Origin: the human T2T-CHM13v2.0 reference genome, Homo sapiens
Length of the DNA stretch: 64,000 nucleotides
NCBI RefSeq assembly: GCF_009914755.1
Contig: NC_060938.1
Direction: 5' to 3' (one strand)
Position 1 is the first letter of the stretch; every line of letters begins with the position of its first letter. The notes below the pieces were generated by a model. The model ran no database searches. It was given only the letters and a program-made list of their open reading frames with translations, and had not been told where the DNA came from. This document shows positions 53,580-64,000 of this stretch, piece after piece. Made by a program: the position numbers and the translations under genes.

Positions 53580-56384
53580 GGGGTGAGACAGAAAGAAACA
53601 GGCCATCACAGCCATGATGAGAAAGCCTCTGATAAGGTCATCCCTGAGTGCCCTGGAGCACAGAGGAGCAGCAGCAGCGGGCACCAAACCTGGAGCCAGA
53701 ACAGGGCATTTCCGTGGAGGAACCCTCTCCACCCTGGGACCTGAAAGGCAAGCGAGAGTCCTGGTGGTACAGACTCGGTTCGTAAGGAGGCAGAAGAGAG
53801 TGATGTCTGCAGGGCTCCGTGTTTTGTTGAGAAGTAGGACATTTGTGGGTGGCTTGGGGCAGACGGAATGGGGAGGATTTCAGCCTCTGATAAAAGCAAA
53901 CCGGAACTCTGCTTCCTCTCCCACGCCTGCTCTCAGCATTGATATTGGAGGACAAGGTACTGTCCACCTTGCCTCAAGACAGCTGAGCCCATGAGACAGA
54001 AATCGTGAGTCCTCCAGCTACCTGTGCCAAACAATCCACAGGCTTCCTAATTGTCCCTCGGCAGCCCCGAAACTCTGGCCTGACGCTTCCTGCTTGCCTG
54101 CCATCCTGCATGTCCTCCCTTGGTACCCTGGCTCTGGTTTTGTTTTTTCCCCTTGACCTCCGTGCAGCCCCAAGTGATCTCCTCTGGTTGCCCAGAGGGG
54201 CCTCTCGTGGCTGGGGGCCCCGGTCAGGAAGGAGCTGGTGAGGTGTCTGCTTGCTAAGTTCATGTCAGGATGGAGGGGCCTGCGTGCTGCTTTGGAAGGG
54301 AAAATGTTGTTCAGGGCTTTTTATGATTTTACTTTGAGAGAGAGGAAAAGCTGTCTGAATAATTTTCCACAGCCTCCGGTTATTCTGTGTGGGTAGAACA
54401 CGCCCTGCCTGTGAGGCCCCGTGAAGGCGCACAGCCTCCATCCTGGAAGAAGTTTCACCCGGGCACAGAGAGACAGGACGCCCCTTCATAGCCCGGACAC
54501 GCTGTTCCTTAGCTGGCTGGGAGCAGGGAAGGTATTGAGTGGGCCAGGACACCTCCCTTCCTTCCCGGGATGGAGGGACCGAGTCCCCAGAGTCATGAAT
54601 GGAAGGAGAGGAAAGTTCTGAATTTTACTTCTGAGACCAGTCACTTTGACTCCTGAATTATAATCCCAGGCCTCTGGGCACTTCCCTGTGTCTTGAGGTG
54701 GCTCTGAGAAGATGAGCTCTTGCCGCTTTATGAACCTTTTCATCCAGCCACATATGCTGGGACACCATAGCCATCTTCCTCCAGACAGATGCATTGGTCT
54801 AGGCCTGAGAGGGCCAGAACTCTGGAGTGGTGACTAGGGGTGCCTGGGCAGTTGCTGGGCATGAAGCCTTCCCTTCCCCTCCAGGCCCCTTGGGAAGCTG
54901 CTCCCCAGCCCAACCTGGGGCTGCCAGCGGAGGGGGCTGCAGTGAGATTTTGGGCATCATAGCCAATGCAGATCCCCCATAACTGAGCACTCCCCTGTAG
55001 GCCAGGAACCAGTGTTCAGAAACTCCTGAAGCCAGCCACAACCGAGCACCACATCCCCAGCTGAGAACCGGCCCCCACTCTCACTCAGCACTGCTAATGG
55101 GCTGGCTCCCATCTGCAGCCCTGAAGGAAAGGAGCCCGCTGCCCATTGAGGTGCTCAGGGAATGCGCCGACCTCCCCAGGAAGGCGCCAACATTCCCACC
55201 TTCTTGGATGCTGTTTGCCACCAGGGAAGATGTCATGTCTGTAATGATGTCTTAGGAAGCACATCCATGAAATGAGCCCTTTACTCCGTTGTCACTTGGA
55301 AACTCAGGCCAGTTGTCCTTCAGGCTGGCACCAGACCAGCTCAGTATTATAGTTTAGAGACCTTGAAGTCATTTGCTGTGTGCTATTGGAGCTCAAGGTC
55401 ATGTTGAATACTTAACGCGATGAACAGCCGTATACCACCACCAAACGGCCGGTCTGTGCAGTCCAAAACAAAACCCCAGTGTGACACCTGTGAGTGGCAT
55501 CTATTTGAACCGTTATTAAGAGCGAGGCACATTCCAGGTATTCTAAGTGTTGTTCATGTGTTATTTCATTCTCACAACATCCTTTTGAGGGAGATATTAT
55601 TATCCTCAGTTTCTAGGAGGCACTGAGTCTTGGGTAGAGGGGCATGCGTAAAGGCGTGCAGGGATTCGAGCCCTGCCCATCTGCATCCAGAGCCTTCCTC
55701 TGGCCCACAACTCTCCTCCCCAGGTCACCCTGACCAGCATGCCCACATGTGTCCTCACACAATATGTGGCTGAATAAGCCAGTCAAAAGCAGAAATGATC
55801 CCCTCTCGCTGTTAGTCCAGCAGAAACGCTTGCCTTTTGCCCAGTTTCAGAGGTACTCGTGTGTAGCTGGACATGCAGGGAGCATCACCAACCAATGAGA
55901 GGGACTGTGGAGGAGAGCCACGCCCTCGCCTCCTAGCCCACCTTGATGCATATTCTTAATGGCATCTGGCTAAGGTCACCCGGGAAGAAGGGGTTTGTAA
56001 GTCCTCAATGACGTTTCTGCCACATGATTAACATCCTTCTGCTTTTGTCCACAGAGTTCTCCTGGTATTTAGGTCCTTAAAGATTAAGCATCACTGGGAG
56101 ACAACTAAGCTGTCATTTTTTTTCTCCATTTAAGGAATCTGTTTCCTTTATGGGAACTAGTCATTTAGTCTGTTACTGAGTAATATTTTATGACTACTTA
56201 AAGGAATTCATGCCCTATTGACAAAACTGCTTCGGAAACTTCTCTCCATCCTTGTTACTGTGAATCAATCAAATCACATGGATTTCCCACAGCACGTGTT
56301 CTAAGTTACAGTTCTAGTCACTTGGCAGGGGATTCATATGTGACGTGGGGTCCTCACCATCTAGAACACCTCATGTTCATGCTC

Positions 56385-56530
56385 TACCTGCAGCAGAATT
56401 ACCAGGGCACTTGGTACAAACACAAACTCTCTAGACATCCCCTTCAGATCTACTAAATCAGGCTCTGGGCATGTGGAAGGGAGCCCAGGTATCTGAATTT
56501 TGACTGTCTCCTTGGGTGATTCTAATATAT
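56385..56530. mobile_element. MER5-like fragment
   Basis: CAGATCTACTAAATCAG…GAGCCCAGGTATCTG…GGTGATTCTAAT. Confidence 0.5.
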
Positions 56531-57302
56531 CATGAATCTGAGAGTTCCTGCCTTGGAGACTCCTAACCCACATAAAGTCCTTTCCTAGTCTGTGGCAAGT
56601 ACAAAGGCTAAACGCAAAAGGAAATATAACATAGGTAAGAGTTTGTTACAAGGCAGTAGGCAAAACACACACACCAGTTTTGCTAGAAAAGAGTTCTGCA
56701 GGCATCAGACCTACATACTTCCCTAAACTTTAGAGAAGGTTTAAGTCAGGACTGGTACACTGGAATTTTTGTAAGGCAAGAGACCCATTAACTGGAGATG
56801 TCTCAGCAAAGCCCTGAAACACAGAGAATATAGTCCATTCTCTGACACCCTGTAGACCACTCTAGGGTGCCCACACACCATCAAGCAGATTGATTTTTGG
56901 AGTGGTTGAGAATTTTCATTGATTATGAAAATGCAGGGGGCCTGCAAAAGCCAGAGTATTCAACAATCAATTTTGCAATTCATTCTTGGTTAATAAATAG
57001 AGTCTGGAGTGGAGTCAGGAGGGAGGGGGAATGTGGATATGGATCTGCCAGAAATGTCACCAAAAATGAGGGTTGTCAACAGTTTGATGCGTGTACCTTA
57101 TCACGCACCTCCAATGTCAGATAACTTAAATTTTCAAAATAGGGCAGCTCCCAAATTAAACTGACTACGTTTGGACCAGGTTAGAAACAGGTGAAGAAAA
57201 GGCAACTGCAGAGACTCCAATGTTTTCCCCTTATTAATTGCATGTTTCTCCCTCTAATGCCAGGCTGCGTCACCCATTTAAAAGTCCTGTTTGTTTTTGC
57301 AG

Positions 57303-57421
57303 GCATTTACAGAGACACAGAAAAAAAGATTGTTGTCATGGAAACAGCAGGTGCAGAAGCTCTTTCGGTCTTTCCCTCGGAAAACCCTTCTAGACATATC
57401 AGGATATCGACAGCAAAGAAA
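57303..57421 (+). CDS. SAMD4A: SAMD4A coding exon, 119 nt, phase 0/2 ([39 protein letters not shown])
   Basis: tttttgcag|GCA and GAAA|gtatgt; lies in ORF 57291..57638; AA|T gives Asn with the next exon. Confidence 0.95.
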
Positions 57422-58429
57422 GTATGTTGGGATTTCATTCTTTGTAATGCGTAGTGGTTCCCCTGGCGCCTTGTTGCCTACCTCGGTTCCTGGGGCAGGA
57501 ATATGGCAGGGCACCATTCCTTGTTCACGAAGATGCCCTGTGGCGAGTTCCAAATTGCATTGCTTAAACAGGTGGGGCTGGGAAAAGGCTGTGAGAGTGA
57601 GCATTCCCAGGCGAAGAGCTGAATGTGAGCTTTTGTAACACAGTTTGCATTGTCAAAATGATGGTAATAGTCCGGATGGGTATCAGAGGGGAGAGTGGGT
57701 ATGATTTAACAAATGCAGGCAAAACACAGGATGGCTTACCCACAAAAGGGGGATCTGAAAGGATAAAAATGGGTTGTTCTATCAATCAGCACCTTAAGTG
57801 GTAGTGTGATTTTTTTCCCCCTTCGTGCTGTAGACAAGCTAATTATAGTTGGTGGCAGGGTGAAGAGCCCAGTGCTAGTCTATTTTGGTCTGCAGTCTCA
57901 TAGTGGAGCAGTACAATTCTTGATTTTTCCATAGTACTTCAGCTTCTTGCACGCAGTTAAAAATAAGCCTGGTTGTACTTTAGAACCCATTACCTTAATA
58001 TAGTTTTAAATTGAGGAATCCAATTACATATTAAAGATGAACTGCAGTGACAATTTGTGGGAGAAATTAAGGGTAGAGGAAGGGTTAAGCCTTAAACAAT
58101 GATAGGGAATTGTTGGGACATAAGGGAATGAGAATGTAAACATCCTGAAAAATTAACATTCTATTTTACACTTTTAAAACATGAGCAGATAATTTCTTCA
58201 CTTGCACCTGAAAGGGTCTGAATTCATTTCATTTCTCGGTGCATGTATAGAAGCTCTCTGCCCGTGGTGTTAAAATTTTGGGCATTTATTTGCGTAAGCG
58301 TGCCTTAAAACATCACTATTTTGGATTTAAGGGAGATAAGGCCAGTTGAAGTTTGTGAAAAGACTTCATGAAAGATTAATTTTAACACTGAAGTGTGATC
58401 ACATTCCAGCATATATAACGGTTATTTAT

Positions 58430-58630
58430 TAAACAAACATTTATTTAGCACTTACATATGCCAAGTGGTATCCAAGCACTTTAAGAATATTAATACATTT
58501 AATCCTCATGACAACCATGTGAGGTAGAGCTGCTGTTGTTAACCCCATTTACAGACAAGTTCATAGGCAGCAGCATTGGGGATTTGAACCAGGCAGGCTG
58601 GCACCAGCTCCAGCTCCATGCTTTTAACCC
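58430..58630 (-). mobile_element. MIR, antisense
   Basis: CATTTAATCCTCATGACAACC…CCCCATTTACAGA…GGGATTTGAACC. Confidence 0.7.
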
Positions 58631-61382
58631 TATGGAAGCCAGGCAACTCTCATGGTCTCAGGATGATGAGCAGAAAAGATTGTTCAGGCAAAGCGACACT
58701 CTTCAGGACCAGTTCCCTGGCCCCAAGCCCTCTGGGGTTGCCAACCCTTGTGGGTTGGACTAGACTACCTCTTTGCCCTGAGGATTCCCAATGGCCCAGA
58801 TGAAAGGCAAGGTCTGCTTCCTTGGCCTCCTGCCCTGGGGCCTACCCCCATCCCAAGTGGCTTTTCTCTGAGAGCAGCAATACTTTTCCCAGGTGAATAG
58901 AAAAGGTTCCAGACTCCTCTTGCAACACCAGGCCCTTGGGAGACAAGTTCCAAGAGGAAGAAGGCATTCGGAGGTTGGAGATGAAGATGGGGCGGCTCTT
59001 TGCTGCTCCTCCCAAAGTCCCACCCTGGCCTCTGTCAGCCCTGTGTTGTCATTGGTCCACATCCGAGAGCCTTCTGGAGGTGGAGCAGGGGACATGAACC
59101 TTGACCTCTCCAGGGTGTTTGTTAGTAACACTTGGATTGGGCTAACCCAAGGTTTGCCAGGTTGGAGTCCTAATGGACCCCTTTTAATTGATTAGATAAG
59201 AATGAATCGCTTGTGGATGTTCAACTGGATGTTACTATAAGGCTGGAAAATGTTTTATACTCATAAGTATTTCCTCTGGGATCTTTTTGTGCTATTAATT
59301 TGCTTTGAAGACCTGTTTCTCCAATAATACAAAGGTAACTGCAACCCAACCTCTGCTTGAATTATCACAAATCCCAAATTAATTGGTTCTTATTAATGTT
59401 ACTTTATCAAAGACTTTTCATGCATTTCAACATTTCAGTGTAATGAAATCAGATTTAGAAAGGTAAGGCAAGAGAATGAGAAAGGAAAACTTGCTTTTGT
59501 CACTTTGTTCTCTCCCCAGAAAGCATTGATGATTTCATTAAGCCTAGCGATCTTAAGTAACCCAAGCATTCACTCTGGTTGCCAGCAGTGGCAACCCTCT
59601 GCAAAGCTGGCTTTGTAATAACCCTCGAAGGGTCCCATCAGGAGAGAGAAAGATGGCCTAGCCAAATTCTCCCCTCATCACGTCCTACTCCCCTCCCCTA
59701 TACAGCTGAGTCCTAAGAGTCCCTGGATCCCTCCTTTCTCCAGTGACTATAAGTATCCCATAACAGAGTCCTCTTCCCACATTATATTGCTTAAGAATTC
59801 AGTCTTGCCTTCCTGGAAACACAAATCATTTTAGCATCACTCATTGACTCTGTATTTTGCATATGAAATAACTTTTTAAAAATCCAACCAAAAAGGAAAG
59901 TGAGAAAACGCTATCCACGCTAAATAAGGAAAAATCATAGCAGAATACTGAATCATCTACCAGGTGGCCAAAATTCCGACTTCAGAACTCAAAGGACTAG
60001 TTTTCGTCATTAAAAACAAACAAACAAAAAAAAAAACACTCGGCCCTTGTCTCTACCTCACGTAGTCAGATTGTCCTTCCTCCAAAGGAGGTCTCATCAT
60101 GTGAAACTTATTCTACCCCTCCTGGCCCTGAGTTCTTCCTTCAAACCAAAAAATCTGAAGCCTTCGTAAAAATGAAAACGAAATTTTTAAAAGGGAAAAT
60201 GGGAGAAAAAAGGAAGAAAGGCCAAGACAAAGATACCAAGAACCTGTGAGTGTCCTCCTCACCACATTCAGATGAGCTTCTGACCAGAATCTAGAACTCC
60301 TTCCTTGGCCACCAAAGCCTGGAAGTAGAAAGGCACAAGCCCAGAATTCTCCTTCCTGCCACTTCTCCCCTTAGGAAATTTAAGAATTCTGGGGAGAAGA
60401 GAAACATTTTCTGAGATCTGCACTGCTGGCTCAGATGCCCCTCCCCCTACATACAGGCACAGCTCTCTTTCTCAGGAAATGACTGTTCTGCAGGCCCCTA
60501 TCACCCTCAACTGGTTAAACTACGTCAGCCCTGCTTCCCGGAGTCTCCCCACAGGCTTGGTACAAACCTCCCCTGTGTCGCTGGAAAAGCAGATCTCTTC
60601 CATCTTGTGGCCACTGGAGGTAAAACATTTTGACTTCAACATCCGTGAATGACTACAGCTGACTCTTCTTGGAAAGAATGTGCTGGTTCCTGAAACCCTG
60701 CCGGCTGCTGTATAACCTCCCGGACCTGAGGCGTGTCAGAGAGGATGCGTTCTTCAGTGCTGAGGTCACCCAACCCAACGGCAGCGCCGGCATCTGCACG
60801 TGATGCTAAGGGCTCTGGCAGCCTCCCTGCCCGGACCCAGGAGAAGCATGGACCTGCCCTGGCCCTTATGCAGCCGACTTTGCAGGGAGGGCCTGTGAAG
60901 TGAAGGCAGTCTGTGTCCTAGGTCCAGAACACTTGCAAACATCATCTCCGACCTTATATCCCTCGCCCCACAGGTGGCATCAGCTCTCCCATTTGAGGAT
61001 GCGTCATGATGGCAGAGACTCATTGGTTCATTCATTCAACTGCATTCACTGTGCAGAAACTGATTCAGGCACCGGACATGCAGGATGGATGAGGACAGAC
61101 ATGGAGCTTACATCCTGGTGGGCCTCACAGGCTTCTCCAAGTCCGCCACACAGACAGGCTGAGCAGAAACAATGATAGGATTAAAGAAGGGAGCCCTGGG
61201 ACAGGAGTCAGACCAGTTGTGACCCTGACTCTGCTGTTTTCTTGCTATGTGGCCTCTCAAAAGCATGTGAGTGTTCAAGACCTGTGTCCTCATCTGCAGC
61301 AGCATGGGTTGGAGAAGATGCGGTAGGGAGGCGCAAGGCGGCAGGCAGAGTGCTGGTGAACCTGCTGAGCCTGCGTGCCAGC

Positions 61383-61398
61383 GCTGCCCCCTGCTGGC
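61383..61398 (-). promoter_or_regulatory. Predicted CTCF binding site (GCCAGCAGGGGGCAGC)
   Basis: Matches the CTCF core CCASYAGRKGGCRS; occupancy not shown. Confidence 0.65.
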
Positions 61399-61606
61399 TG
61401 TGTGACCTGTGCACAAGGATTACGCGCTGTTTTACTTCTCCAGCTACAAAGGAGAGAGCACCTACTTCATAGGGTTGTTGCAAGGATCGAAAAATAATGT
61501 CGAAGTCCCAGGAAGTTCCATGTGATACCGCCTCTCAGATGTTAGCTGCTGTTTTAATTATAGTTATTTGCTGGCACACAGCTCCCTGTAGGCTTCATAA
61601 CTGTCA

Positions 61607-62040
<434 letters not shown>

Positions 62041-62138
62041 TGAGGAGACCTCCAAGGCGACATCCCTTGGGAAGCCTGTGGCTTAAAAAGGGCTGAATAA
62101 CGACTGATATTCTCTTCCTTCTCTCTTGGCTCTCACAG

Positions 62139-62340
62139 TCGAGGCTTTGGGCAATCCAACTCCCTCCCGACGGCTGGCTCTGTGGGCGGTGGCATGGGCA
62201 GACGGAACCCGCGCCAGTACCAGATCCCCTCTCGGAACGTCCCTTCCGCCCGCCTGGGCCTCTTGGGCACCAGTGGATTCGTCAGCTCCAACCAGCGCAA
62301 CACCACAGCTACCCCCACCATCATGAAACAAGGAAGACAG
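62139..62340 (+). CDS. SAMD4A: SAMD4A coding exon, 202 nt, phase 2/0 ([26 protein letters not shown]…[10 protein letters not shown])
   Basis: ctcacag|TC and CAG|gtttgt; same frame as ORF 62182..62481. Confidence 0.95.
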
Positions 62341-63615
62341 GTTTGTTCTGCCCCAAGGAAGGAGGAGGATGGCCAAGCTCAAGGCCCAAGGCTGCAGATG
62401 TCCCCCCAGGTGACCCCAGGGTGGGGAGAGAGGCCAAAGGGGACTATGCTGGGGGCAGTTGCCACCATTCCTCAGAGGTAACAGCATTGTTCGCGTTGTT
62501 CTCTAGCAGACAGAGCAACCCCATAGCTGTGTTTAGGATGCCCAGAGGACCACTTTAACCTTGGGGACCCTGCACAAGAGGACCTTTAGAAAGAAATGCA
62601 AGACCTATTTCTTCTTTGCCCCATGCTTGACCTTCTGCCACCCAAATCTGGGTTCCAGGAGAGCCTGGCATTTAGAGAAGTTTCTTGCCCTTTTTATCCA
62701 TGGCAAAAAGCTCCTTTGTCTCAGTCCCAGCTCTGGTGGAGCATCCACAGGACAAAGTCTGAGAGAGTGTGCCAGGGGGAGAGTTAACACATTCTCAGCC
62801 TGCCCAGAGGTTCTTGCTGTGCAGTTTAGAGCTGACTTCTCTGGCCCGTCGCTCATACCCCTCTAGCCCCAGGCCCCACCCCTGCCCAGTGCCTTCCGCC
62901 TGTGTGCCCAGAGCTTCTCGAAGCTCTGTGGGTAGGGATTAGGATCAGAGGGACACAAGTAGGTCTGAGATTCTGGGGTCTCAGGAGAAACTAAGGGATG
63001 ACAGATCAGCTTAAAAACAGGAAAAGGGCTTCAGGCAAGACGGGCAGGATTCACTACCCAGGGTACCAGAAAGCCCCATCTTCTGACCATTGTCCCCAGC
63101 CCCCAGATCAGTTCAAGAAGACGTCACTGCTGGGACACACAGGCTGAGTTGTGCCAGCTCATTGCCAGCTGAGAGTTTCTTTTCTCTCCCCCTCGCTTTG
63201 GAGTACATTGTAAGAATCTTAAAAAAAAAAAAAAAAAAAAAAAATCAGAGCCCTGAAATAGTTTGTGCTCTTCGTTGCATACATTTATAGAACTCCCCCA
63301 TTTCCTAGAAAAGTGGCAGGGAAAAAGCAAAAGCAACAAATGCGATAAAAAGAGTTCTGCAGATAGGGAAAGAGGTGTCCAGATGAAGCTGAGGCTTACA
63401 GCAAGGCCACCACTGAGGAGGTGAAGAGAAATTACAGTGAATGGAATCTAAACCCTCTCTCTATAAATAAGCAGATGCTAGCACTGGCCTGCAAGCCCCT
63501 TTTCTAGAAGTTAGAGTTCTCCTGGGATCTTTGCCTCCCAAATTCTTGCTGGCGGCTCTGCTCTCCACCCCAGTGGGGCTGAACTAACAAGTTCCCCTTT
63601 TGCTTTTCTCACCAG

Positions 63616-63742
63616 AACCTGTGGTTTGCCAACCCCGGGGGCAGCAATAGCATGCCAAGCCGCACCCACAGCTCAGTCCAGAGGACCCGCTCGCTGCCCG
63701 TGCACACTTCCCCACAGAACATGCTGATGTTCCAGCAGCCAG
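63616..63742 (+). CDS. SAMD4A: SAMD4A coding exon, 127 nt, phase 0/1 ([42 protein letters not shown])
   Basis: Branch-like ACTAAC near 63583, caccag|AAC, donor CAG|gtaggg; translated by hand, no stop codon. Confidence 0.95.
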
Positions 63743-64000
63743 GTAGGGCCCGGCGCTTCATGTCCCCTTGACACAGAGGGGAGGCCAAAATAGATGCCCT
63801 AGCAAACCCAGCCAGAAAGTGCTTAGCCTCGACTGTCACCGTGCATTCTTTGGAGCTTATAGAAGCCTTTCCTTTTTTAAACTGTGCCTTGCCAGCATGA
63901 ATAGCGGCGGCTTGGCTGAGAGCCAGCATGTGGAGCCCCAGAGTTGGTTGCAATCGGATGGGGATATTTTTGATACTAGTCATATTTCTAGATTGATTAA

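Noticed and set aside
52749-55041. Many 60-160 aa ORFs in a GC-richer intron
   Set aside because: Expected from lower stop-codon frequency; no coherent exon chain or homology.
51540-57638. Read-through extensions of ORFs 51540..52013 and 57291..57638 beyond the exons
   Set aside because: Canonical donors bound the Smaug-like portion; the extensions look like random intronic translation.

Overview
Human (primate) genomic DNA lying entirely inside one + strand protein-coding gene, SAMD4A (Smaug1, SAM-domain RNA-binding translational repressor). Eight consecutive GT-AG-bounded coding exons splice into one uninterrupted 1329-nt frame: 24199-24462, 35992-36101, 38628-38714, 47334-47667, 51628-51713, 57303-57421, 62139-62340 and 63616-63742. 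They cover the pre-SAM linker, the SAM domain, the PHAT-like helical region and the disordered C-terminal tail. From memory these are about exons 4-11; the start and stop codons lie outside the window. The other ~98% is intron. It carries ten Alu-family elements, a complete antisense HERV-K(HML-2) LTR5A-type solo LTR with a 6-bp TSD, MER82/MER5/Charlie DNA-transposon fossils, MIR/L2/L1 remnants and microsatellites. I found no evidence for a new multi-gene system, RNA gene or CRISPR array. The leads worth following are regulatory: a symmetric stop-free cassette exon, a 126-nt AG-exclusion zone before the first SAM exon, a (UG)20-adjacent cryptic acceptor, a MIR-derived CTCF motif, a CpG-island-like exon with promoter motifs and a G-quadruplex, inverted Alu pairs around exons, and several template-switch scars. 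Repeat subfamily names come from recalled consensus sequences and were not computed.
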